A stretch of DNA of 64,000 nucleotides, from assembly GCA_964639245.1 (NCBI GenBank), contig CAZXCU010000001.1:876521-940520 (forward strand), read 5' to 3'. The notes under the pieces were generated by a model. That model made no database searches, had not been told where the DNA came from, and saw only the letters and a list, made by a program, of their open reading frames with translations. Positions within the stretch are counted from its first letter, which is position 1. Each line of letters starts with the position of its first letter. A program made the translations under genes and the position numbers. This stretch comes from an uncultured Anaerolineae bacterium (lineage in GTDB: Bacteria > Chloroflexota > Anaerolineae > Aggregatilineales > J027). This document shows, piece by piece, positions 28,294 through 38,623 of the stretch.

Positions 28294-30735
28294 CTATTTC
28301 AAGATTGCCACCACCTGACGGGAGGTAGCCTGTTCATCCAGAGGCACGAGATTGCCTGAAATCGCTTCACCGTCCACGATGAGCGAAACAGTGTTTCCTT
28401 CGCCTTCCCGTTTGACGGTGATTTGATAGCTGACACCGCGATAAATGCGGGTTGCCTCATATCCTGACCAGCTTTGAGGAATAACAGGGGCTATTCTGAG
28501 GCCATCGTAGTCCGGGCGAATCCCCAGAATCCACTGCGTAATAGCCACATAATTCCAAGCGGCAGTTCCGGTCAGCCATGAATTTTTGGCCTCCCCATGG
28601 TTGACAGCATCCCGTCCGGCAATCATTTGAGCATAGACGTAAGGTTCGCAACGGTGAACATCGCTCAGGGCTTCACGGTTAGATGGATTGATCCGGGTAT
28701 AATAATCATGTGCCTCATCCCCATGTCCGACAATTGCTTCTGCAATCATCATCCAAGGGTTGGTGTGGCAGAAGATCCCCGCGTTTTCTTTATAACCGGG
28801 TGGATACGATGAGATTTCGCCCAGATTCAGATAATAGCGGGAATAAGCAGGCTGTTGCAGCACAATGCCGTGCGGGGTTGCCAGTCGTTCTCGAACGCTC
28901 TCCAAGGTTTTCAGCGCTCGCCCGTCCTCCAAACCCATGCCTGCCATGATGCAAAGCCCCTGCGGTTCAATGAAGATTTGGCCTTCGGTGCAAGACGATG
29001 CTCCAACCTTATCGCCAAAATGGTCATACGCACGCAAAAACCAATTGCCATCCCAGCCATGCGCTTGCACTACAGCATCCATGTCATCTGCATATTTACA
29101 ATACTGTGCCGCTTCCTCATGCAAACCAAGGCTTTCGGCAAGCACCGCCATTTCTTTGGAGGCCATTACGAATAAAGCAGCAATGACAACCGATTCAGCC
29201 ACCGTCCCATCTTTGTTGGTGGTAATCTGGAACGACTCGCCGGGTTCATCGGAAAAGGTGTTCAGGTTCAAACAATCATTCCAGTCAGCCCGTCCAATCA
29301 GAGGTAAACCGTGCGGCCCAATATGCTCAAGGGTATATTGAATGCTGCGCCGCAGATGTTCATAGAGGGGGTGTTCGCTGCCCGGTTGGTTATCAAACGG
29401 TACAGGCACATCCAAAATCGCAAGGTCACCGGACTCCTTCATATATGCTGCAACACCGAGTACCAACCACAACGGGTCGTCATTAAAATTGCTGCCGACT
29501 GCATTATTGCCACGCTTGGTCAAAGGCTGATACTGGTGATACGCCCCGCCATTTTCAAATTGGGTGGCGGCAATATCCAAAATGCGTTCGCGGGCGCGGG
29601 CAGGAATCATGTGGACAAAGCCCAGCAAATCCTGATTAGAATCCCGGAAGCCCATGCCCCGTCCAATGCCCGATTCATAACCGGATGCCGAACGTGACAT
29701 ATTGAACGTGACCATACACTGATAGGCATTCCAGATATTCACCATCCGGTTGGTGTGTTCATCCGGTGAGCTAACCTGATACACATTCAGCATCTTATCC
29801 CAGTAATTTCGTAGCGCGGCAAAAGCATGATCAATCGTTTCGCTTTTCAAAAAACGGGCAATGATGGGTTTGACAGTTTGCTTGTTGATGATTTGCGAAT
29901 CTGCCGGGTCGAATTTTTCATTTTTCGGGTTTTCGTGATACCCCAGCACAAAATTAATGACCTTTGTTTCCCCCGCCCCCAGTTGAATCTGAAGATGGTG
30001 CGAGCCAACCGGGGCCCAGCCATGCGCTACGGAATTAGAAGAGTCACCTTTCTCAACGACCTGTGGATTGTCTGCACCCCGATACGCCCCTAGAAAGGCA
30101 TCCCGCGAAGTGTCATAACCCGCTAAGGGTTCTGAGCAGGCAAAATATGCAAAATGGTCACGACGCTCACGGTATTCGGTTTTATGATAAATAACCCCAT
30201 CTTCAATCTCAACTTCGCCAATGCTGAAGTTGCGCTGGAAGTTAGTCATATCATCATAAGCATCCCAGAGGTTAAATTCGATGAAGGAGAATACCGCGAG
30301 GTCAGCGGCTTCATCCCGGTGGTTGGTGAGGGTCAACTGCCAGATTTCGAGATTTTCGCCCTGTGGCACAAAATAACAGGTGCTTGCTTCAATGCCCTGA
30401 TACGTTGAACTGATCAGGGTATAGCCAAGTCCATGACGGCAGGTGTAATCTTCAAGAGATCTGCGGGTTGGCTGCCATGTTGGAGACCAGAATTCGCCAC
30501 TTTTTGCATCCCTCAAATACAAATAACGTCCCCCGCTATCCCAAGGTGCATTGTTATAGCGGTAGCGGGTTAGACGGCGTAGGCGGGCATCTCGATAAAA
30601 GGAGTAGCCGCCGCCTGTATTCGAAATGATGCCAAAGTATTGTTCGCTGCCCAGATAGTTGAGCCAAGGCAGAGGGGTATCCGGCTGAGTAACCACATAC
30701 TCACGTCGGTGATCATCAAAATATCCATATCGCAT
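28294..30735 (-). CDS. GH94 glycoside phosphorylase (cellobiose/cellodextrin/chitobiose phosphorylase family)
   Basis: MRYGYFDDHRREYVVTQPDTPLPWLNYLG...GGYSFYRDARLRRLTRYRYNN N-terminus is near-canonical for cellobiose phosphorylases; ~813 aa. Confidence 0.8.
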   Translation of the reverse strand: MRYGYFDDHRREYVVTQPDTPLPWLNYLGSEQYFGIISNTGGGYSFYRDARLRRLTRYRYNNAPWDSGGRYLYLRDAKSGEFWSPTWQPTRRSLEDYTCRHGLGYTLISSTYQGIEASTCYFVPQGENLEIWQLTLTNHRDEAADLAVFSFIEFNLWDAYDDMTNFQRNFSIGEVEIEDGVIYHKTEYRERRDHFAYFACSEPLAGYDTSRDAFLGAYRGADNPQVVEKGDSSNSVAHGWAPVGSHHLQIQLGAGETKVINFVLGYHENPKNEKFDPADSQIINKQTVKPIIARFLKSETIDHAFAALRNYWDKMLNVYQVSSPDEHTNRMVNIWNAYQCMVTFNMSRSASGYESGIGRGMGFRDSNQDLLGFVHMIPARARERILDIAATQFENGGAYHQYQPLTKRGNNAVGSNFNDDPLWLVLGVAAYMKESGDLAILDVPVPFDNQPGSEHPLYEHLRRSIQYTLEHIGPHGLPLIGRADWNDCLNLNTFSDEPGESFQITTNKDGTVAESVVIAALFVMASKEMAVLAESLGLHEEAAQYCKYADDMDAVVQAHGWDGNWFLRAYDHFGDKVGASSCTEGQIFIEPQGLCIMAGMGLEDGRALKTLESVRERLATPHGIVLQQPAYSRYYLNLGEISSYPPGYKENAGIFCHTNPWMMIAEAIVGHGDEAHDYYTRINPSNREALSDVHRCEPYVYAQMIAGRDAVNHGEAKNSWLTGTAAWNYVAITQWILGIRPDYDGLRIAPVIPQSWSGYEATRIYRGVSYQITVKREGEGNTVSLIVDGEAISGNLVPLDEQATSRQVVAILK

Positions 30736-31097
30736 AGTTTTAGTAGCTTCTTTCTGTGAAAAGTTATCCCTACCGTGTTCTGTCGGCGAACACAGTATGT
30801 ATACATAAAAATAATCTCGTTTTCTCCAAGATTATATCGGATACTATCAGTATTAGCAGTCTGGCAAAAGTCGTGTATGTCAACTAGGAACCTATCGCAT
30901 TATTTTCTTACGTAGACTTTTTCCATAAAAAATGGGAGCGCTCCCAATCTATGTAAATAAAAATAATCCATCACAAGGTGTTCACTATAATAAAAATCGT
31001 CATTTTGCACAAAAGGTTTCATCTGTATTCCTGCTGTAAAGAGGGAGGGAAAAGCCTGTTCCAAGGTGAGGAAGTGCTTTTCCCTCGTTAGTATATA

Positions 31098-32903
31098 TTA
31101 TTCTTCCACTTTGGGACGGTTGCCGTTTTGGGCATTGGCATACTGCTGCTGGATGAACATGCCTAACAGCGCGTCCGCCATGCCGTTTCCACCGCCACCA
31201 CCGTTGACCGCTACATCCGGCACAATCCGAATGTGACCATTGGCGATGAGCTGCATGAGTTGAATGGAAGTAAAGCCCTGAGGCCCAATCGCCTCCACCC
31301 CGGCGCGGTAGGCTTGCCCTTGTGCCTCACCTTTGCTGCGAATGGCTTCGGCATCACTCACAGCGTGCAAGCGCACCGTTTCGGCCTCGCCTTCAGCCTT
31401 TTTAATCTGGGAACGGGCTTCCAGTTCCGCAATGCTTACGCCCTGCTCCGCTTTGACCATCTGCTGTTGAATATCCGCCATCGCCGTTTCGCGGACAAGC
31501 TGCTGGCGCTGGGTTTGCGCTTCCATTTGCACTTCATAAGTCTTGCGCTGTTCCTCCGCGATCTTACGGTCAGTCAGCGTTTGCATGAGTTCATTCGGCG
31601 GCGTAATATCGCCAATCAGCGTATCAATGGCCTGCACATCATAGGTATTGAGCGCTTCACGGATATGATGCGCGGCCTCATGCTGGCGTTCGCTGCGGGC
31701 AATCAAAAAGTCCAGCACGGTATAGGCTTGGGCAGCATTACGGAAATAGTTCCCGACAATCGGTTGCAGCACATGGTCAACCAGATTTTGCACCGACCCC
31801 ACCCGCGAAATGACTTTTGGCGCGTCCAAGGCCCCAATGTGGATAATTTGTGAGACATCCAATTGGAAGGCAAAGCCATCTTTGGAGCGCACGGTAATCG
31901 AGGACAAGCGCTGATCATACGCATGGGCTTCTGTCCGCGATGCCCAATTCAACACGGTATCCGTGGTGGGAACAAGTTCAACTTTCATCACCCGGGTGTT
32001 AATCGGATGTTTGCCGGGATAAAGGGGTTTGACCCACACACCTTTATGCCCCTGATTTACCAGATCGCCATGTTTAAAGGCTGCACCCGTCACATCTTCG
32101 GCAGGTTTACCCACATAGGACATCACCACACCGACATAGCCAATCGGAATCTGGGTCATGGGAACCTGTTCAACTTTGACAAACCAGGGATTGAGATTCC
32201 ACGAACCTGCCAGCAGCACCTGTTCCTGTAACCCGCGTTTCCCGCCTTTTTCAATGAAAGCCTGCGCGTTCTGGAAGTTGTCATGCCCTTCAATCAGCGG
32301 GCCAGCAATTTCGCCTTCATCATGGGGCGCACCATCCAAAGTAGTGACAATCCCGACCTCATCCTGCTGCACTTGGTAGACGCGCAAATCTGTGGCTTCC
32401 ATGCCGTGTTGATGGGCATTGGCAGCCGTGATAATCTGGAACAACTTGGTATTAATTCGATATGTCCCGCCGGTGAGAATCCCGAGCTGACGGCCTTTTT
32501 CACCTTTATTGGTCAAAAACGCCCGCGCATCCTGAAAGTTATCACACGGCACCAACCGCCCCATGATACGTTCCGGGGGAATAGACGACCCATCCGCCGC
32601 CACCACCAGCGCGATTTCACCGGGTTGAATCACGGTGACAGGCACGCGCAGTACCTCATACTGCCAGCGCCAATACCACAAATGCCAACCGGGAGCGAGG
32701 GTATCGGCTTGATAACCTGCTTCGCCTTCCAGCGCGATGAGCTGACCTGCCGGAAGTTGTTTACCTGCAATCGAAAATTTCTTAATGACGACACCGACCT
32801 GTGCTTCTCCGATGACCACCAAACCAAAAATACTGGTAGCTGTCAGCAAAAGTAGCAGCACAACCGCAAAAAAAACGAGAACGACCAATGCAAAAATTTC
32901 CAT
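31098..32903 (-). CDS. Flotillin-like SPFH/band-7 domain protein (YqiK-like)
   Basis: N-terminal TM anchor, two SPFH segments, long Ala/Glu/Gln-rich coiled-coil C-terminus. Confidence 0.8.
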   Translation of the reverse strand: MEIFALVVLVFFAVVLLLLLTATSIFGLVVIGEAQVGVVIKKFSIAGKQLPAGQLIALEGEAGYQADTLAPGWHLWYWRWQYEVLRVPVTVIQPGEIALVVAADGSSIPPERIMGRLVPCDNFQDARAFLTNKGEKGRQLGILTGGTYRINTKLFQIITAANAHQHGMEATDLRVYQVQQDEVGIVTTLDGAPHDEGEIAGPLIEGHDNFQNAQAFIEKGGKRGLQEQVLLAGSWNLNPWFVKVEQVPMTQIPIGYVGVVMSYVGKPAEDVTGAAFKHGDLVNQGHKGVWVKPLYPGKHPINTRVMKVELVPTTDTVLNWASRTEAHAYDQRLSSITVRSKDGFAFQLDVSQIIHIGALDAPKVISRVGSVQNLVDHVLQPIVGNYFRNAAQAYTVLDFLIARSERQHEAAHHIREALNTYDVQAIDTLIGDITPPNELMQTLTDRKIAEEQRKTYEVQMEAQTQRQQLVRETAMADIQQQMVKAEQGVSIAELEARSQIKKAEGEAETVRLHAVSDAEAIRSKGEAQGQAYRAGVEAIGPQGFTSIQLMQLIANGHIRIVPDVAVNGGGGGNGMADALLGMFIQQQYANAQNGNRPKVEE

Positions 32904-33057
32904 CAGCCTAACCCCTATCTATTGTGTTTTCCCGAATTTGGCAGAGGCCTGTGTTCGTCGGAGAACGGCGACACGCAGGAAAAATCACTACGCCCCGCCG
33001 CCAAAAGGGGAACAATTACTAGCACAATTTCGATTATCTGCCTAATTTTATCACAAA

Positions 33058-33105
33058 AGAACTCCCAAAAATTGGGAGTTGACAAAAGGGCGGATTTTTC
33101 ACCGC
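33058..33105 (-). terminator. Tandem hairpin terminators downstream of the minus-strand secreted-protein gene
   Basis: On the minus strand gggcggtgaaaaatccgccc+UUUU followed by ctcccaatttttgggag+UUCUUUU. Confidence 0.6.
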
Positions 33106-33115
33106 CCTCATCGTT

Positions 33116-34357
33116 TTAACTGCCGGATTCTTCGGTGGCTTCCGGTGTCACTTCTGCGGAGGGAAATTCGGTGTTTTTGAGCAATTCGACCATATCAAAC
33201 ACGACCTGCACACTGTCTCCGGTGATTTCATGCCCAGCGCCGCTAATCGTCGCCAGACGCAGGGCATAGCCCATCGAGCGAATTTCATCCACTGCCACAA
33301 GGTTAATCGAGTTGAGGTTGGGGTCAGTTTCGCCATAAATCACGCCATAGGGGATGTCCTGCCGATTTTCGGGCGGCAACAACAGCATCCGCGCTCCTTC
33401 TGCAATCACCCCTGCTACCCCGACAGTATCTTCATCCAGATAATCGGTGACAAAAACACCCCCTTCGCCAAAACCATACAGCACCACGCCCGGCGCAAGG
33501 ACATCAAGCTGTTCATTGACTACGCCCAACAATTCATCCAGTTTGGCGCGATTTTGTTCTGCATCGGCATAATCACCAAAACCGGACACCACAAACACAT
33601 AGCCCCGCCGATTGGCGGCATCGGCAAAAATCGGGAGGAGTTCCGCCGGGTCTTGGTCAATATCCGAGAGGGCTACAATGACAGGCCACCCTTCGGCAGG
33701 CGCTTCTCCCTCTGGCGCAACCAGATAATAGGGCGTTTCATCGGAGAGATTGCCCGCACCGCTGTTCCAACGATCTGCCAGTGCTTGATTATCGGCTTCG
33801 ATTTCTTCCTCTGTGCGGTAATTGAAAGTTGCTGCCATTGCCACAAAAACAGGTTCGACTTTTTCAAGTTCGCCGGGGGCTGCCACCACAATCGCCACAA
33901 TATAGGTTTGCTCAAAGACTTCGACGGCTAGGAGCGCGACTTCGCTGTCACCCGTTGCCCACGAGACCCGTGCGGTATCTCCGGCTGTAATCGCTAGGGG
34001 GGCAGGGGCGCTTATTTCTTTCTCTTCGGAAAATTGCTCCGCCAGCACCAGCGCGATATTGGTGGCATTGACCTCACCTTCAAAGCCCTCAATCTGGTCA
34101 GGTGTATAGGATAGTAGGATGGCACGCCCTTCCCCATCGGTTAAACCTTCGGGCGGCGTGTCCAGCGCAAATTCACTGCTGCCCACAATCACATAATTTT
34201 GCCCGACTTCTAACCACCAATCCTGTGGAAAACTGAATTGAAATGAGCCATCCGCCGACGTGTACAATTCCGGCAAGGGCGGAACAGTTTCCTGTGCAGA
34301 CAGGAGACTTGGCACAATCAGCAGAAAGAGCATCACAAGGGATATTTTTCTCAGCAT
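33116..34357 (-). CDS. Secreted hypothetical protein (alpha/beta-hydrolase-like C-terminal region without a clear Ser nucleophile)
   Basis: Signal peptide MLRKISLVMLFLLIVPSLLSAQE; C-terminal VLYGFGEGG resembles a nucleophile elbow lacking serine. Confidence 0.35.
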   Translation of the reverse strand: MLRKISLVMLFLLIVPSLLSAQETVPPLPELYTSADGSFQFSFPQDWWLEVGQNYVIVGSSEFALDTPPEGLTDGEGRAILLSYTPDQIEGFEGEVNATNIALVLAEQFSEEKEISAPAPLAITAGDTARVSWATGDSEVALLAVEVFEQTYIVAIVVAAPGELEKVEPVFVAMAATFNYRTEEEIEADNQALADRWNSGAGNLSDETPYYLVAPEGEAPAEGWPVIVALSDIDQDPAELLPIFADAANRRGYVFVVSGFGDYADAEQNRAKLDELLGVVNEQLDVLAPGVVLYGFGEGGVFVTDYLDEDTVGVAGVIAEGARMLLLPPENRQDIPYGVIYGETDPNLNSINLVAVDEIRSMGYALRLATISGAGHEITGDSVQVVFDMVELLKNTEFPSAEVTPEATEESGS

Positions 34358-34446
34358 GAGATTTCCTTATCGACTCAAAAAAAAGGATGTTATCACTAAC
34401 ATCCTCGAAATTATACACATCCATATGAAGAAACCATGAACAAATT

Positions 34447-35565
34447 TTAGGCGATGGGACGACTCAAACGCTCGGCAAAATGGAGGAGTTCCAGCCGACC
34501 TAAAATGGCAATGGGTTCTTTTTCGTCCGTAATCACCAGATAATCCGCTTCTTGCTGTTCCATGCGGCGGAGCGCTTCAAACAGTTCTTCATCCTGAGAG
34601 GCACGCGGGAAATTCATTAAAGGTTGCATCACCTGACCGACACGGATGCTGCCCCAGTTCAGGCGCGGAATCCCACGCAGTGATTCCATAGCAAACAGCC
34701 CGATAATTTTATCTTCGTACATGACCGGGGCGGTGCGGTAGTAGCCTTCCAGCGCCATTTTGTCCATCGCATAAATGAGAGGCCAGTCAAATTCCAATGG
34801 GCGATGCTGGCGCACTACCTGTCCGACATGAATCCCGCGCAGGGCATGGCGTTTGGTGGCGGCGAGACGATGATAACGCGCTGCACTCCACAAAAACCAG
34901 CCAATGAACAGCGTCCATGCGCTGCCAAAAAAACTGCCCGTTCGCATCAATTCATAGCCCGCGCCCAGCACAAACAGCGCCGCGAACCCCTGTCCGATAT
35001 AGGAGGAAACGCGCACTGCCAACAATTGGCTGCGGCTAAAAAACCAGACCGCTGCTTCAAACACCCGTCCGCCATCTAAGGGAAAGGCCGGAATCATATT
35101 AAACGCTGCCAGCAGGAGATTAATTTGCCCCAACCATTGCAGCGCCGCACCTGTGAGGGTTGCTGTCCCGATGGCTTGCGCCGCAAACCAGCATCCTGCC
35201 CCCAAGACCGCGCTGCTCAACGGGCCAATGAAGGCAATCCAGAATTCCTGTGTGGGGGTGCGGGCTTCCTGCTCCATAACCGCCAACCCGCCAATCAGAT
35301 TCAGCACGATTTGTTTGACCGGAATGAGAAAAAAGCGTGCCATCAGCGCATGGGCCATCTCATGCCACAACACCGATGCAAAAAACAACACCGACACCAC
35401 CCCACCCATCAAATAGTAGACGGTTTCGCTGTAGCCCGGCACACTGCGTGGGAAAATCTGGGTAGAGAGCGACAACGCCAACAACCCCGCCACCAGCAGC
35501 AAACTGATATTGATGCCGATTTCGACACCCGCCAACCGCCCCAGTTTGAACGATGAATTGAGCAT
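34447..35565 (-). CDS. Site-2 protease (M50 family) with tandem CBS domains
   Basis: HEMAHALMARFF HExxH motif in a TM helix, LDGG motif, C-terminal CBS pair. Likely start is MLNSSFKL; the track ORF starts 13 codons earlier at 35604. Confidence 0.8.
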   Translation of the reverse strand: MLNSSFKLGRLAGVEIGINISLLLVAGLLALSLSTQIFPRSVPGYSETVYYLMGGVVSVLFFASVLWHEMAHALMARFFLIPVKQIVLNLIGGLAVMEQEARTPTQEFWIAFIGPLSSAVLGAGCWFAAQAIGTATLTGAALQWLGQINLLLAAFNMIPAFPLDGGRVFEAAVWFFSRSQLLAVRVSSYIGQGFAALFVLGAGYELMRTGSFFGSAWTLFIGWFLWSAARYHRLAATKRHALRGIHVGQVVRQHRPLEFDWPLIYAMDKMALEGYYRTAPVMYEDKIIGLFAMESLRGIPRLNWGSIRVGQVMQPLMNFPRASQDEELFEALRRMEQQEADYLVITDEKEPIAILGRLELLHFAERLSRPIA

Positions 35566-35771
35566 GAGAAGTCCTAGCGATTCATTTTTCGATGGTAGTA
35601 TCACTTTAGCATAATTCGGGGTGGGCAGTGGGAATATTAATGCGGATTTTACATTTGATACAATTATTGAATTTAGTCATAAATAAATTTCAGACATAAT
35701 TCACAAGCGGAAGTTTACTTTTTGCCGATGAAGGCGCTATAATCGGTAGTAAAATATAGGGGTATTACCAG

Positions 35772-37172
35772 ATGTTTCAACGTTGGTTTAAGTTACTGGT
35801 TGTCTTTCTGGTTTTCTGGCAAATCATTATCCCTGCTCATGCCCAAGAGGAAAGTGAAACTTACTATCAGCAGGGGTTAGAACACTTTGCTAACCAAGCA
35901 TTTGACCAAGCACTCACCGCATTTACTGAAGCCATCGAACTACAACCGACGGTTTCTAAATATTATGTGGCACGCGGACAAGTTTACTTAGAAACCGGGG
36001 TCTTAGCCCCCGCTATCCGCGATTTTGATACGGCAATTGCCCAAGATGAAACCAATGCCCTTGCTTTCTGGTATCGTTCGGATGCGTATTACCAACTTGG
36101 CGATTTAGAAAAAGCTGCTGAAGACTACACCCATGCAACAGAAATTGACCCATCGTATCATGATTTTTATGAGCAGTTGGCCTTTAATTATGCGCGTATA
36201 GGCGATACCGCCCAATACCTTGCTAACCGAACCCATGCGATTGATTTAAAGTATCGCCATGTTTCTGTTCAAAATATGCAATACCGCCTTGAGATTAAAC
36301 GAATTTTGGAGGTGACCTCCGCCACAGGTTTTAATCCGGGCAACGGAGTATTCCTCATTTTAGAGATCAATTTATACAACTACACCAGCGAACCTGTTTG
36401 TTTTGGAAAACAAGCCATTAAAGCAACCTATGACGAAATCACAGTTGAACCAACCAAAATGTCTCAAGTACAACAGCAATATTATCCAAACAAAGGCTAT
36501 CTGCCGGGTGAGAAACCTCACTGTATAGACAGGTATCAGATGTTTGATACCTTCCTTGTTTATGATGTGCCAAGCGGTTTACCCGCCCTGACCCTAGATT
36601 TTCGACCTACAGAAACCACGCAGTTGAAATTCTCCCTCTGGATGAATAAAGAACCAGAACAGGCTGATTATGTTTTTGCATTGGCGCAATTGGATGGGCA
36701 AGATTATATCGAAATCGTCAATGTTGAAGCCGTTGAAACTATAGGTAAAGTTATAGAGAGCTATCCGCTTTCGATTGAAAACTGTTTTGGGACTGCGGAT
36801 AGAATTTCGCAGGTTGCATATACCCAACAAGAAGAAAATCTCACCGGACAAGAGACCGTGAATACTTATCATGCAGGATTAGGTTTGCCGATTCCTGTCC
36901 CGTATCTGCGGAATTTGCTTCAGGCGGAACTTAGTTTGGGAAGACAAATGAGTTCGATAGACGGTGAAATTTATAGCCTGACAGTGACAATGGTTGAACA
37001 GGTCGGTGCTGCACCGGGAACACATTCCAATTATCAAATTACATGGGTTTCCGTCAATGCGAATGGCACAGTCGAGGTAAAAATTGGGGATAATACCTTT
37101 TTTGTGCCTTTTTCCGTCGAAAACAGAATACGGGGCAAGGTTGAAACTTTGCCGCCCACACCTTGTAACTAA
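35772..37172 (+). CDS. Secreted tetratricopeptide-repeat protein with C-terminal domain of unknown function
   Basis: Signal peptide; at least 4 TPR units (AFDQALTAFTEAIEL.., YYVARGQVYLETG.., AFWYRSDAYYQLGDLEKAAEDY..). TATAAT at ~35738 upstream. Confidence 0.7.
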   Translation: MFQRWFKLLVVFLVFWQIIIPAHAQEESETYYQQGLEHFANQAFDQALTAFTEAIELQPTVSKYYVARGQVYLETGVLAPAIRDFDTAIAQDETNALAFWYRSDAYYQLGDLEKAAEDYTHATEIDPSYHDFYEQLAFNYARIGDTAQYLANRTHAIDLKYRHVSVQNMQYRLEIKRILEVTSATGFNPGNGVFLILEINLYNYTSEPVCFGKQAIKATYDEITVEPTKMSQVQQQYYPNKGYLPGEKPHCIDRYQMFDTFLVYDVPSGLPALTLDFRPTETTQLKFSLWMNKEPEQADYVFALAQLDGQDYIEIVNVEAVETIGKVIESYPLSIENCFGTADRISQVAYTQQEENLTGQETVNTYHAGLGLPIPVPYLRNLLQAELSLGRQMSSIDGEIYSLTVTMVEQVGAAPGTHSNYQITWVSVNANGTVEVKIGDNTFFVPFSVENRIRGKVETLPPTPCN

Positions 37173-37174
37173 CA

Positions 37175-37200
37175 TGGCAGGGGAGGAAATTCCCCTGCCC
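37175..37200. terminator. GC-rich hairpin between convergent TPR and amidase genes
   Basis: ggcaggggagg-aaat-tcccctgcc. Confidence 0.45.
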
Positions 37201-37212
37201 ACAAATTGACAA

Positions 37213-38445
37213 TTACGCAGTCAACCATTTCATTGTTTTGGTCGCCAAGCGGTCAAGCGCTTCCACGCACATCAACAGATGTTCCTCTTTGGTGTCTTCC
37301 TCTTTGGCATGGGAGAGGCCGCGTAAACTCTGCACGAACAGCATAATCGTTGGTACACCTGCACGGGCAACTTCTGCCGCGTCGTGTAAGGGGCCGCTGG
37401 GCAAACGATGCGAACTTCCGCCGGTGGATTCTTTAATCGCTTCGTCACACATTTCAATGAGTTCGGGATGGAAGGGAATCGGCGCGATTTCCCAGAGTTT
37501 GCTCCATTCCAAGCCGACATTTTCTTCGGCAGCAAATTTTTCGCTGGCATCTTTGGCTTCTTGCAACATTTTCGCCAGTGACTCCGCGTTGAGATGACGC
37601 TGGTCAAGCGTGATGTCACACTGTCCCACCACCGCCGTCACAATACCCGGTTTGGTAACAACACTCCCCACCGTACAGACTCCGCCATTGCGTTTGCCAA
37701 TTTCACGGATTTCTAAGGCAAGTTTGGCGGCTGCACCCAACGCATCACGCCGTTTGTCCATCGGGGTTGACCCTGCATGAGCCGATTGTCCGGTAAAACG
37801 AATCGCGTGCCGTTCCACACCAAACGTGCCAAGTACCACCCCTAAAGGCAAATCCATGCTTTCCAGCACCGGCCCCTGCTCGATATGCAGTTCAAGATAG
37901 GCCGCCGCGTTTTTAAGTTGTTTGCCGGATTCTTTGACCGTATCCAGATTCAAGCCAAATTGCGCCAGTGCATCGGTCAGCAAAACCCCGTCCCTATCCT
38001 TGAGATGACGCAGCGCATCAGGATTCATCGTCCCAGAAGCCGCACTCGACCCGAACAAACTCCGTCCAAAACGCGCCCCTTCTTCATCGGCCCAATCCAC
38101 TAGACGGATGGTCACAGGCGGCGTGCCTTCGCTGGCAATGCGGCGCAACACTTCCACCCCCGCCACCACATTCAAACAGCCATCCAGCCAACCGCCATTG
38201 GGAACCGAATCAATATGCCCGCCGATGAGCATGGCTTTTTCGGATTGCCCGCGCAGGGTATACCACATATTGCCCGCTTCATCGGTTTCAATTTCCACAG
38301 GCAGTTGTTCCATTTTTGCCCGCAACCATTCACGGGCTTTGACCCATGTATCGGTAAACGCGACCCGTTGTGCGCCATCCGCATTTCCCGTGAGGGCGCG
38401 AAGTTCTTTAAGTTCCTCTACGGTGCGTTGGGGTTGTAAAGCCAT
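37213..38445 (-). CDS. M20-family Zn-dependent amidohydrolase (hydantoinase/carbamoylase / allantoate amidohydrolase family)
   Basis: GGHIDSVPNGGWLDG metal-binding motif, dimerisation insert, ~410 aa. Confidence 0.8.
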   Translation of the reverse strand: MALQPQRTVEELKELRALTGNADGAQRVAFTDTWVKAREWLRAKMEQLPVEIETDEAGNMWYTLRGQSEKAMLIGGHIDSVPNGGWLDGCLNVVAGVEVLRRIASEGTPPVTIRLVDWADEEGARFGRSLFGSSAASGTMNPDALRHLKDRDGVLLTDALAQFGLNLDTVKESGKQLKNAAAYLELHIEQGPVLESMDLPLGVVLGTFGVERHAIRFTGQSAHAGSTPMDKRRDALGAAAKLALEIREIGKRNGGVCTVGSVVTKPGIVTAVVGQCDITLDQRHLNAESLAKMLQEAKDASEKFAAEENVGLEWSKLWEIAPIPFHPELIEMCDEAIKESTGGSSHRLPSGPLHDAAEVARAGVPTIMLFVQSLRGLSHAKEEDTKEEHLLMCVEALDRLATKTMKWLTA

Positions 38446-38623
38446 TTTAAATTTCTCCGTTTTTCATCAAAATTCCTATAACTTTAGCGCTATCATGACC
38501 ACATCTCAAAAAAATAGATTGGAATAGACCACCCTATGCCAATTTGAGGTGAAAAGATGGTTTGAAAAGCCAACATTCTTTATAATGGTCACGGATACAA
38601 AGATTTTTTGAGGAGCTATATTT

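Noticed and set aside
33116-34357. Calling the secreted protein an active esterase
   Set aside because: The GFGEGG elbow lacks the serine nucleophile and no His/Asp triad is evident, so it is kept as a hypothetical.
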